Positions 41,820 to 50,548 of a stretch of DNA of 64,000 nt are shown here, in pieces. Under the pieces are notes generated by a model. The model searched no databases. It was not told the DNA's origin and saw nothing but the letters and a program-made list of their open reading frames with translations. The first letter of the stretch is position 1; each line of letters starts with the position of its first letter. Origin of the DNA: Phormidium sp. (lineage in GTDB: Bacteria; Cyanobacteriota; Cyanobacteriia; Cyanobacteriales; Aerosakkonemataceae); assembly GCA_051013385.1 (NCBI GenBank), contig CP143273.1, positions 416,001-480,000 on the forward strand. The letters are read 5' to 3'. The position numbers were made by a program, and so were the translations under genes.

Positions 41820-43961
41820 TTAGATTTGATTCAGGGTATTACGGATGATATCAGGAGTTAAGATTTGTGGTAACACAATTGGTTCCTGAGATTTTGTACC
41901 GGAAGGATACAACACATAAAGGGGAACTCCACTGCGCCCAAAACTACTTAATGCTTTTGTAATTGTAGCGTTACGATTTGTCCAATCTGCTTTCATCAAT
42001 GTGACACCTTTTTGTTGAAAAGCTTGTTGTACTTCTGGTTGACTAAGGGCGACTCGTTCGTTGACTAAGCAGGTGATACACCAAGAGGCAGAAAAGTTAA
42101 CAAATACAGGTTTACCAGATTGGCGGATTTCCGTCAATTTTTCTGCGGTGTAAGGTTGCCAAATAGAATTTTGGGTAGTTTGTTGGGCGGTTTTGAGGGT
42201 GGAATTTCCGGCGAGGGGTGCTAAAGTTAGGGCGAGTGCGATCGCAACTAGCGCCCCAAAAATTCCGACTTTTCGCCAAACTTTCCCCGATGTTTGCGCT
42301 TTTTGATACAACCAAGCAGCGAAACTAATTAATACGAAACCTGTTAAAACCGCTGCTAAACCATCGCTTCCAGTTTGCAAAGTTAACACCCAAACTAACC
42401 AAGCAGCAGCGCCATACATGGGGAAGGCGAGAAACTGAGAAAATGTTTCCATCCAAGCGCCTGGTTTTGGTAATTTGCGGCGCAAAGCTGGCACGAAACA
42501 AATGATTAAATAAGGTAGTGCTAAACCAAATCCTAAAACTAATAAAATGGCTATAGCAATAGGTGGAGATTGAGTAAGTGCAACTCCGATCGCAGTTGCC
42601 ATAAATGGCGCACTACAAGGAGTTGCCATTACTGTAGCAAAAACCCCAGTAAAAAACTCGCCTGTGTAGCCATTTTTCGCCGCTAAATTCTGCCCAATTC
42701 CCATTAAAGAAGCGCCAAAAACGAAGACTCCTGAAAGACTTAAACCAACGGCAAATAAGATATAAGCTAACAGCATGACAATGATGGGAGATTGGAGTTG
42801 AAAACCCCAACCTATTTGTTGCCCAAAGGATCTTAGGGTTAGGAGTGCGATCGCCAAAACCGCAAAACTAACTAACACTCCCGCAGTAAAAGCAACCCCA
42901 CTAATTCGCGCTTCTTTAGCACTTTTTTGAGCAGTTTGGGCAATACTTAAAGCCTTCAAAGATAACACAGGAAATACACAAGGCATTAAGTTAAGAACTA
43001 TCCCACCGATTAAAGCAAAAAATATCGCTTGCCAAACCGAAATGCTGCTAGTTGTAGCTGCTGTTTTTGGTGGTGTTGCTGCGGTTGCGCCGATTTTTGC
43101 TTGAATATTAAAAGCTTGAGTAGCTGATTGATTATCCAGCTTTTCTTGGATTACCAAAACCCCATCAACACTAGCAAGTTTGGGTTGATATCCTCTTTCT
43201 ATATTTAGAGTTAACCCATCTTTATTAAAGATGAATTTTTGAGGTGCGGGGTTATTAATTACTCCATCTTTGAAAGGAAAGAAAGTTACTTCTTGAATTT
43301 GCCCAGCTTGTAATTCTGGGGCGTTAACTGCGATCGTTAAATTGGTATCATTTGCTGTGGCGGTAGTTTGCCAAGGTGCAGGTTTAGGAATTGCTTGGCG
43401 AGTTTTAGTAAATGCTGTTATCCATCTTTCATCTTTGGCGGGAGTTGTTGAGGTAATGGGTAAAGTTAAACTGATATTAGCACTTTCAGGAATACAGTCT
43501 TTTTCGCAAACTAACCAATCAGCTTTACCACGAAGTAAGACGGGTTTATTTGTGGGTAAATTCGCTGGGGGGGTGATTTGAGTTAATAGGTAAACTTCGT
43601 TTTTGTAGCCGAAATTTACTAATGGGCCAAAGGGGAATCTTTTAGGGTAGGGCCATAATATTTTCCCAGCTTTAAATCCTGCTGGCAACTGCCAGTTAAT
43701 TTTAGTAATTGAACCAGAGTCGCCGGGGTTTTGCCAGTAGGTATGCCAACCTGGGCGAATTTTCATTTGTAGTGCTACCCAGAAGGGTTTTCCCGGTTGA
43801 ATGGCTTTATTTTCGCTAATTAATTGGGTTTGAACGTTGTTAGTTTTGACTGGGTTAGTTGCTGCTAAAGCGTTGGGTATTCCTAGTAAATTCCAGATGA
43901 AGAACAGAGTTGCTGTGCAAATAATCAGCCATTTTTGTATTCTGTAGGTAATTGGTTTCAT
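41820..43961 (-). CDS. dsbD: Protein-disulfide reductase DsbD family
   Basis: GWHTYWQNPGDSG, LNLMPCVFPVL, ATPCSAPF, SASWCITC, GVPLY. Confidence 0.92.
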   Translation of the reverse strand: MKPITYRIQKWLIICTATLFFIWNLLGIPNALAATNPVKTNNVQTQLISENKAIQPGKPFWVALQMKIRPGWHTYWQNPGDSGSITKINWQLPAGFKAGKILWPYPKRFPFGPLVNFGYKNEVYLLTQITPPANLPTNKPVLLRGKADWLVCEKDCIPESANISLTLPITSTTPAKDERWITAFTKTRQAIPKPAPWQTTATANDTNLTIAVNAPELQAGQIQEVTFFPFKDGVINNPAPQKFIFNKDGLTLNIERGYQPKLASVDGVLVIQEKLDNQSATQAFNIQAKIGATAATPPKTAATTSSISVWQAIFFALIGGIVLNLMPCVFPVLSLKALSIAQTAQKSAKEARISGVAFTAGVLVSFAVLAIALLTLRSFGQQIGWGFQLQSPIIVMLLAYILFAVGLSLSGVFVFGASLMGIGQNLAAKNGYTGEFFTGVFATVMATPCSAPFMATAIGVALTQSPPIAIAILLVLGFGLALPYLIICFVPALRRKLPKPGAWMETFSQFLAFPMYGAAAWLVWVLTLQTGSDGLAAVLTGFVLISFAAWLYQKAQTSGKVWRKVGIFGALVAIALALTLAPLAGNSTLKTAQQTTQNSIWQPYTAEKLTEIRQSGKPVFVNFSASWCITCLVNERVALSQPEVQQAFQQKGVTLMKADWTNRNATITKALSSFGRSGVPLYVLYPSGTKSQEPIVLPQILTPDIIRNTLNQI

Positions 43962-44052
43962 GAGGTAATGAGGAGTTGTTGGTTGTTCTAATTTACACAG
44001 ATAAATGCAGATGAAACCGCAGAGACGCAGAGGGCGCAGAGGAGTTTAGAGA

Positions 44053-44826
44053 ATGAAACGAATTAATAAGGTTAGTGGTTGTTTTTTTTGGTTGAGTTTT
44101 TTCCTTATTAGTAGTTTGTTTTTTGTGATTATTCCTGAGATTATACAACCTCTATTCAGAGAATTTTTGGGATTGTCTGCTGAGAGTTTGCAACCTACTG
44201 GTGAGATTCCGATTAGTGTGCGTTATTTGTTTAAAAATAAGTTTTCGCCTGGTAGTGTGTCGGTGGGGGTAGCGGAGGGAAATTTAACTCCTCAGTGTCG
44301 GGCGACTGCTATTTATCAAGGACACATTGATCCGGGTAATTTTGCGGTGAATCGGGGGTTTTGTAGTTGGAATAAGTCTACTCAAATCACGGTTGAGGAG
44401 GCGGATTTTTTGTGTTTAAATGCTTTGTTGAGACAGTCGATTGTTACTGAGAATAATCTTTTTGATTTGGGATTAAATCCGAGAATTAATCGAAAATCAA
44501 TTGTCATGGGTACGGATTTATGGAATCAGTCTAACTCGGCGGGGCCAAAATTTGCTGAAAAGTTTAAAATTGCTGTTTTAGAAAAAGGTTTAATTGGTGA
44601 AAAAGCATATATTTGGGCAAGAGTAGAAAGTTTTCGCAATCGTCAAGGTGAATTAGATGCTAGCGGGTTGTTTGGCATTTGTAGGCGGGAGGAATATTAC
44701 AAAAAACAATTAGCGGGATTAGTTCCTTCTAGTGAAGAATGGCGCTGGAATTGTATTGCTTTAGATCAAGGAAGGCGAGTTAGGGAAATATTAAAGGTTT
44801 TGCAGTCTCCAGGTTGTAAAAGCTAA
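44053..44826 (+). CDS. Hypothetical membrane-anchored/secreted protein
   Basis: N-terminal TM, motifs AEG, YQGHIDPGN, DLWNQS, DQGRR. Confidence 0.72.
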   Translation: MKRINKVSGCFFWLSFFLISSLFFVIIPEIIQPLFREFLGLSAESLQPTGEIPISVRYLFKNKFSPGSVSVGVAEGNLTPQCRATAIYQGHIDPGNFAVNRGFCSWNKSTQITVEEADFLCLNALLRQSIVTENNLFDLGLNPRINRKSIVMGTDLWNQSNSAGPKFAEKFKIAVLEKGLIGEKAYIWARVESFRNRQGELDASGLFGICRREEYYKKQLAGLVPSSEEWRWNCIALDQGRRVREILKVLQSPGCKS

Positions 44827-44874
44827 ACTACTACGTGAGTCATTGAAAATATTAACTATCTTAAATTTCGCAAT

Positions 44875-44988
44875 TCATCTCACCGTTACAGCGTAGCTTA
44901 ACGGTGAGATGAATTGCGACCAGATCGCCTCAGATTGAGCGCAGCGAATCCTTACAGACCTAAATCCATGATGATACATGATTGACAT
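44875..44988 (-). pseudogene. tnpA: Remnant of IS200-type Y1 transposase (N-terminus only)
   Basis: MSIMYHHGFRSV resembles the start of cyanobacterial TnpA; divergent from tnpB; runs into the left hairpin with no HUH or catalytic Tyr. Confidence 0.6.
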
Positions 44989-45011
44989 CCAATTGCGCTA
45001 AACATTATAAT
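44982..45011 (+). promoter_or_regulatory. Consensus sigma70 promoter for tnpB
   Basis: TTGACA-N18-TATAAT ending 25 nt before the tnpB ATG. Confidence 0.7.
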
Positions 45012-45036
45012 ATTAGCATTGAGCTTCATTACGTAA

Positions 45037-46251
45037 ATGTTAACTGCGTTGAAGGTAAAAATATATCCGAATAAAGAACAGCAAATAGCCTTAGCGAAAA
45101 ACTTTGGCTGTTGTCGCTTTGTCCGCAATTATTACCTCAATAAATCCAATGCTCAATATCAAGAAACTGGGAAGGGGATGAGTTATTGCGACATGGCAAA
45201 AGACTTAACCCAACTCAAAAAGCAACCTGAACTTTCTTGGTTAAAGGAAGCAGTAGCCACTACACTCCAGCAATCGTTGATGGATCTGGGAACTGCATTC
45301 ATCAACTTCTTGGAAGTCAGGGCGAAATTCCCTAACTTTAAAAGCAAGCATGATAAACAATCCCTGAGATACCCTGAAGGTTGCTCGATTCAGAAGAAAG
45401 ATATTAAGCTTCCCAAAATAGGCATTGTTAAGGCAGCGATTTCTAAAAAGATTGATGGCAAGATTAAGTCTGTGACTATTAGCAAGACAAGCACAGACAA
45501 ATATTACGCATCAATCTTATTTGAAGTTGCTGATGACCCAAAAGAAAAGGATGGAAAAATATCTGGAATCGACTTAGGGTTAAATAGTTTAGTGACGGTG
45601 TTTGATGGGGAGACAACTTATAAAGTTGATCCAGTTAAAACCACCAAGAAATATGCTAAACGCCTAAGACGCAGACAACAATCTCTGTCTCGCAAAAAGA
45701 AAGGTTCCAATAATCGCAGAAAACAGGCTAAACGGGTAGCCAAAGTTCATGAAAAGATAGGGAATACAAGACTTGATTTCCTCCATAAACTCTCTCGTAA
45801 ATTAGTTGACAAAAACCAAGTCATTGTAGTGGAAGACCTTTGTGTTAAAGGGATGGCACGCACCAAGATGGCAAAATCGGTCTTAGATGCTGGTTTTGGG
45901 ATGTTGGTAAACTTCCTAGACTACAAGTTGAAAAGAGAGGGAGGAAAACTTGTGGAAGTTGATAGATTCTTTCCCAGTACAAAGCTTTGTAATTGCTGCA
46001 AATACAAGAATAATTCACTCACTTTAAAAGACAGAGAATGGACTTGTCCGAAGTGTAGAATTCGTCACGATAGAGATGAAAACGCAGCGATAAATATCAG
46101 GTCAGAAGGGATACGAATACTGTCAACAAATACTGTGGGACACACAGAATTTCAAGCTTGTGGAGAGGGTGTAAGACTCGCTGGTAAAAGTAGAAATACT
46201 AGTGCTAGAAAGCGACGCTCGATGAAACAAGAATCTCCCGCCACAGCGTAG
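45037..46251 (+). CDS. tnpB: RNA-guided endonuclease TnpB
   Basis: N-terminal HTH (KIYPNKEQ..FGCCRFV.N), RuvC GIDLG / VVEDL / HDRDENAAINI, Zn finger CNCC..CPKC. Confidence 0.96.
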   Translation: MLTALKVKIYPNKEQQIALAKNFGCCRFVRNYYLNKSNAQYQETGKGMSYCDMAKDLTQLKKQPELSWLKEAVATTLQQSLMDLGTAFINFLEVRAKFPNFKSKHDKQSLRYPEGCSIQKKDIKLPKIGIVKAAISKKIDGKIKSVTISKTSTDKYYASILFEVADDPKEKDGKISGIDLGLNSLVTVFDGETTYKVDPVKTTKKYAKRLRRRQQSLSRKKKGSNNRRKQAKRVAKVHEKIGNTRLDFLHKLSRKLVDKNQVIVVEDLCVKGMARTKMAKSVLDAGFGMLVNFLDYKLKREGGKLVEVDRFFPSTKLCNCCKYKNNSLTLKDREWTCPKCRIRHDRDENAAINIRSEGIRILSTNTVGHTEFQACGEGVRLAGKSRNTSARKRRSMKQESPATA

Positions 46252-46293
46252 CGCAGTGCGGTGAGAGTGTCAAATGATGTATTGTATTTCATT
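46110..46293 (+). ncRNA. Predicted TnpB omegaRNA (scaffold overlapping the tnpB 3' end plus flank-derived guide); boundaries approximate
   Basis: Established IS200/IS605 architecture; right-end hairpin and TCAA; guide would begin at 46274 (ATGATGTATTGTATTTCATT). Confidence 0.6.
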
Positions 46294-46316
46294 ATTTCAA
46301 TACCAGGATTTTTCTA

Positions 46317-47297
46317 ATGAAAAAATTGTTCAGGCTTTCCTTTGTAGCGCTATTAACGGCGTTAATGCTAATATTGGGCAATTCTGTGCTAGAAAAATCT
46401 GTGACTGCACAGGAAGTGGTATCTATTCTCACCGCAGGTAAAAATAGTTTCTACTATCAAGCTGCTAGTGAATTGCAAAGTAGTCTCAAAGATAGCGGGT
46501 TTTCTCTGAATATCAAGGAATCTTCTGGTTCATCAGAAAATCTGGAAGAATTAGGAAAAGGTGCTTCTGATTTAGCATTTGCCCAACAAGATGCTATGTT
46601 ATTACTCCGCAATCTAACCGATCAAAACTTAGCTCAATTAGCAAATAACATTAATGTTTTTGCTCCGATAAATAATGAAGCAATTCACATAATTGTTAAC
46701 CCTAATTCTAACATCAAAGAGGTGAAAGATTTGGCTGGTAAACGAGTAGCAGTAGGGCCAGAAAAGTCGGGAACTTATATTAGTGCAATTTTGATCTATC
46801 AAATTAGCGATTTGGATGTAACTGCTGAACAAATTATTCCAATGGAAGTTGCAGAAGGGATTGATAAGGTAAGCAAGGGAGAACTTGATGCGGCTTTTTA
46901 CACTGCTGCTGTCGGCGCACCTTTGCTGAAAAAAATTAATGCTCAACAAGGTGCAAAAATTAAATTACTTTCGATCGATCGACAATTTTTGCAAGAGAAT
47001 CAAAAAGAGTTAGTGGGAGATACTGTTTTATATACACCAACCAAAATTACGGCAAAAACCTATCCTTGGCAAAAGCAAGAAGTTGATACTATTTCTACTT
47101 CTTCTTTTCTTTATGTCAACAAATCTCTTGAACCCCAAAAAGCTTACAATTTAGCTAAAGCTGTTTATCCTAAAGGCGCGGCTTTAAAAGCTAAAGATAC
47201 TTTTTGGAATGAGTTTAGTATTGCCAAAGCCAAAAGTCAGGTAAAAGCAGGATTAAATTATCATCCGGGAGTGAAAAAGTTTTTAGAAGAATCTTAA
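46317..47297 (+). CDS. TAXI family TRAP transporter solute-binding protein
   Basis: Signal peptide, SSGSSENL, DLAFAQQD, DLAGKRVAVGPEKSGT, HPGVKKF. Confidence 0.9.
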   Translation: MKKLFRLSFVALLTALMLILGNSVLEKSVTAQEVVSILTAGKNSFYYQAASELQSSLKDSGFSLNIKESSGSSENLEELGKGASDLAFAQQDAMLLLRNLTDQNLAQLANNINVFAPINNEAIHIIVNPNSNIKEVKDLAGKRVAVGPEKSGTYISAILIYQISDLDVTAEQIIPMEVAEGIDKVSKGELDAAFYTAAVGAPLLKKINAQQGAKIKLLSIDRQFLQENQKELVGDTVLYTPTKITAKTYPWQKQEVDTISTSSFLYVNKSLEPQKAYNLAKAVYPKGAALKAKDTFWNEFSIAKAKSQVKAGLNYHPGVKKFLEES

Positions 47298-47332
47298 TTG
47301 GTAGGATGAATTTAGTTAAAGGTGATTTCCGA

Positions 47333-48604
47333 TTAAACTGCGGTTTTTAATTCAGAAATTGCCTTTAATACTTGTTCCATTTGTTCAGGAGTGTTATAAA
47401 TTCCCGGAGTTAAACGGGCGTGAGATGGAGAATAAGGGGTTTGGGTAGCAATTATATTACGTTGTCGCAGTTGTTCTACTACTTGGGCGGGAGTCATTCC
47501 ATCAATATCAAAACAGACAATTCCGGCGGAAAGATTTTGACTCATTGGAGTGTAAAGAATGACGTGAGACATTTTCGCCAATCCTTCTTTTAACTGCTGA
47601 CTAAGTTGGTAAATATGGGCGGTAATTTGAGCTTTTCCTAATTGTTGATGGAATTCAAAAGCTTGCGCCATTGCCCATAAATGTTCAAAGGGTTTGTAAC
47701 CCCCTGGCGACATTAAACCGCCCCAACCTGCGCCTCTAGAAAAGCTGGGAATTGTCGGGGGAACTGCTGCTTGACTGCGCGGATTTCCCCAAATTATTCC
47801 TGTACCACGAGGCGCGAACATCCATTTATGTGTTCCGGCGCTAAAGAAATCACAATTTAAGTCATTCATGGTGGCATTTTCTACTCCGAAACCATGCACT
47901 CCGTCAAGGAAGAAAATTATGCGATCGCTCTCTCCCCTGCTAGAATTAATCTCAGCTAATCTATCCGCAATTTGCCTAACTGGTACTTTTAATCCAGTGC
48001 TAGAATGTACCCAAGTTGCTGTTACTAACCGAGTTTGGGGACGAACTGCATTAATTAAACTATCAACTATTTCCGCTTCCGAAACTGTGTTCAGATCTCG
48101 AAACAGAGAAATTGTTTGAATTGTTGCACCAGTTCTCGCCGCTTTGTAACGCAAGGATTCACGAGTTGAATAATAATCAGATTCGCTGATTAGCATTTCT
48201 TGATTTGGGCGAATTTCCAACCCATTAATTACTAATCCCGTTCCCATTGTGGTACTGTCGGTAATAGCAATATCATTCGGTTGTGTTCCCATATAATTTG
48301 CTGCTGCTTGGCGTACTGCTGCGGCTAAACGAGGGTTATTTTCCTGTACATAAACGGCAGGATTTTCATTCAGGGCGCTACGATGTTGTTCAATTGCATT
48401 GTGAACTGGTAAAGGATGGGAAGCAATTAAAAGCCCCGCAACATGAATGTAATTAGGGTCAAGATTGAAGTAGCTGCGAACATTTTGCCAACTGACAATA
48501 TTCTCTGCTGCTGATGTTTTTTCGCTGTGAATGCTGTTAGCAAGAGTGGTAACAGTTGCGCCTAAACCTGCGGAAAAAAGAAAATTTCTGCGACTCCAAG
48601 ACAT
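47333..48604 (-). CDS. Tat-exported class V PLP-dependent enzyme (PvdN/isopenicillin N epimerase-like)
   Basis: SRRNFL twin-arginine signal, TWVHSSTG, LDGVHGFG, AGTHKWMF. Confidence 0.88.
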   Translation of the reverse strand: MSWSRRNFLFSAGLGATVTTLANSIHSEKTSAAENIVSWQNVRSYFNLDPNYIHVAGLLIASHPLPVHNAIEQHRSALNENPAVYVQENNPRLAAAVRQAAANYMGTQPNDIAITDSTTMGTGLVINGLEIRPNQEMLISESDYYSTRESLRYKAARTGATIQTISLFRDLNTVSEAEIVDSLINAVRPQTRLVTATWVHSSTGLKVPVRQIADRLAEINSSRGESDRIIFFLDGVHGFGVENATMNDLNCDFFSAGTHKWMFAPRGTGIIWGNPRSQAAVPPTIPSFSRGAGWGGLMSPGGYKPFEHLWAMAQAFEFHQQLGKAQITAHIYQLSQQLKEGLAKMSHVILYTPMSQNLSAGIVCFDIDGMTPAQVVEQLRQRNIIATQTPYSPSHARLTPGIYNTPEQMEQVLKAISELKTAV

Positions 48605-48752
48605 AGATAGTACCTGTAATTAATTATTTGTTAGTTTAGCTTGTAGGGGTGCAGAAGTGCAGAGAAAAAAATCCTATTTAAATTGTAAACTCCTCCTTTT
48701 CTTCTCTCTGCGTCCTCTGCGTCTCTGTGGTTCAAAAAATTATTTATACTGA

Positions 48753-48880
48753 TAAGTTGTTACGCATTTAAATCACTTATTAACGAGTAGGGTGCGTCAG
48801 ACGGTAAAGCCTTATATAGAAAGGAAAATATCCCCTTCTGACGCACCCTACCATAAGACTTTTAAATGCGTAACAGCTTA
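48753..48880. mobile_element. 128-bp MITE-like element, copy 2
   Basis: TAAGTTGTTACGCATTTAAA...TTTAAATGCGTAACAGCTTA with inner GTAGGGTGCGTCAGA palindrome; matches 20675-20802. Confidence 0.82.
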
Positions 48881-49132
48881 AACCTCTGCACCCAACGCTT
48901 TTAACGTCGCCTTTTCTGCTTCATTTAACCCCGTAATTCCGGTAATATTCATACCTTCATAAGGTCTTTTTGCCTGTAAAGTTCGTAAACATTCACCTGT
49001 TTGAACATCCCAAATTTTAATAGTTCCGTCTGCGCTTCCACTGGCGATCGCATTTCCCCCAATAGAAAAAGCCAGAGTACGTATTTGATTAGTATGTCCT
49101 GGCAAAACTTTCATACATTGTAAATTCTCATG
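48878..49132 (-). pseudogene. C-terminal remnant of a WD40-repeat (NB-ARC/NACHT-WD40-type) protein
   Basis: One WD40 repeat GHTNQIRTLAFS..IASGSADGTIKIWD plus tail RPYEGMNITGITGL.EA.KATLKALGA. Confidence 0.8.
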
Positions 49133-49294
49133 TCATTTTCCCCCTAAAATCCCCACATAAAATTCCAAAGCTTTTTCCATGTCATCAACGGTAATCCCAA
49201 AATGTTGCACTCCTTGCAAATATTGGCTGAGGCTGGATTTAGTATTTTTACCGTTTAATGAATTGGCAACTTGCTTATCAATAAGTAGTGACAT
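49133..49294 (-). pseudogene. N-terminal remnant of a VOC/glyoxalase family protein (53 aa)
   Basis: GGAG RBS, ...LQGVQHFGITVDDMEKALEFYVGILGGK then TGA; only the first part of the fold is present. Confidence 0.75.
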
Positions 49295-49430
49295 AGTTAA
49301 GACTCCTTGCAACTAATTTCAGTTTCGTTGATGCAGGAGTCTTTGTCGTTACAGGAAAGTTCTGTCAATGTTCAGTAAATGTTCAGTTGTGGGGAAGGCA
49401 GAGGGCAGAAGGTTTTGAAGAAGGGAAAAA

Positions 49431-49606
49431 GCCCGCCCGGAAATCAATTTCCGGGCTAATAGCTAAAGTCCATTAAAATGGACTTTAGCTTTTGAATCCT
49501 AAGTATTTAGTCCTCTTCAGAGGACTTTCGCTATTAGCCTGCGAATTGATTCGCAGGCGGATGTTGGGACTGGTGCAAGATTCGCAGGCGGATGTTGGGA
49601 CTGGTG
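49431..49606. repeat. Multi-hairpin intergenic repeat with a local tandem duplication
   Basis: GCCCGGAAAT-CA-ATTTCCGGGC, AGTCCATT-AA-AATGGACT, GCCTGCGAAT-TG-ATTCGCAGGC; GATTCGCAGGCGGATGTTGGGACTGGTG twice; related copy at ~62805-62858. Confidence 0.7.
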
Positions 49607-49676
49607 TAATATTTGAGTGAAAGGGGAAAAGATGAAATTAATCTTGTTCATCCTTCCCCCTTTTAATTCAAATTAA

Positions 49677-50321
49677 TTAAAACTCTTCACCACGTTCAGC
49701 TTTGGCTTTAGCTTTTGCTTTGTTTGCGCTACGTTTTAAAGCTTGCAGTCTAGCTTCGTAGCGACTGCGTTGGCGCTTGTTGTTGCTTTGATCGAGCAGA
49801 GTTTTCAAAGCACTACCTAAACTTTTGTAGGCGTTGGGGAGTGTGTACCCAAAACGGGTGGCGAGAGCGATCGCTTTTTCATCAGCATCGATCGCTTCTT
49901 TAATTGTGCGTTCCCCGTTGTTCTTCTGATACAATCTCCAACCAGAAACGCCGCACAGCGCCAACGCCAACAATAACAGCAACCCATCTTGTACCCAAAG
50001 TTCACCGACAGCGCCACCTAAACCGATCGCTAACGCCGCCATTTCCCAACCATCTTTCGGGATCGTATCGTTTTGAATGCGAGCAACTTCGTGCCAAAAC
50101 ACCAAATTCCGCTGATCTAACGCCAGCTGATCCCAGCGTACTAAATCAATTTGAATCTCTACCTGATCTTTACCGATTTCTTCACAGCGGATCAGGGGTG
50201 GATTGATTTCAGTCGTTCCCTCAACCGTCACCCAACTCTGCATTTCTGGCGGCAACAGACTCTTCAAACGCCGCAATTCACTCATTTCGGATCTAGCAGA
50301 GGAGGTTACATAGGATGTCAT
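49677..50321 (-). CDS. DUF3318 family protein
   Basis: ELRRLKSLLPPE, FWHEVARIQ, GWEMAALAIGLGGAVGELWVQD. Confidence 0.85.
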   Translation of the reverse strand: MTSYVTSSARSEMSELRRLKSLLPPEMQSWVTVEGTTEINPPLIRCEEIGKDQVEIQIDLVRWDQLALDQRNLVFWHEVARIQNDTIPKDGWEMAALAIGLGGAVGELWVQDGLLLLLALALCGVSGWRLYQKNNGERTIKEAIDADEKAIALATRFGYTLPNAYKSLGSALKTLLDQSNNKRQRSRYEARLQALKRSANKAKAKAKAERGEEF

Positions 50322-50408
50322 AATTCCAGCCCCAGAAAATTAGCAGCAAATAAAAAGGCTCTCTATTTTAGGAGTATACCTTGTAATGTGCGGGATTGGG
50401 GGTTAAGG

Positions 50409-50505
50409 GAGTTCTGAGTTTTGAGTTTTGAGTTTTGAGTTGTAGGGGCGGGTTTAGCAGAAAATTCTTGACTCACAGCAGAAGAATTAACAACAAAACC
50501 CGCCC
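50409..50505. repeat. Heptamer tandem (GAGTTTT)n followed by a GTAG-type palindrome
   Basis: GAGTTCT-GAGTTTT x3-GAGTT then GTAGGGGCGGGTTT...AAACCCGCCC. Confidence 0.7.
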
Positions 50506-50548
50506 GGGAGAGAGTTTTGAATTTTTCTCTCCCCTGCACCCCTGCCCC

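Larger units (their letters stand above)
44869..46273 (+). mobile_element. IS200/IS605-family element, non-autonomous (tnpA deleted, tnpB intact); left boundary approximate
   Basis: Left hairpin CGCAATTCATCTCACCGTT-ACAGCGTAGCTT-AACGGTGAGATGAATTGCG; right hairpin shares the loop ACAGCGTAGC and is followed by TCAA at 46270-46273. Confidence 0.85.

Noticed and set aside
44015..48733. Inverted pair AACCGCAGAGACGCAGAGG / CCTCTGCGTCTCTGTGGTT as ends of a composite transposon
   Set aside because: Low-complexity GCAGAG-type intergenic repeat; no target duplication or DDE transposase seen
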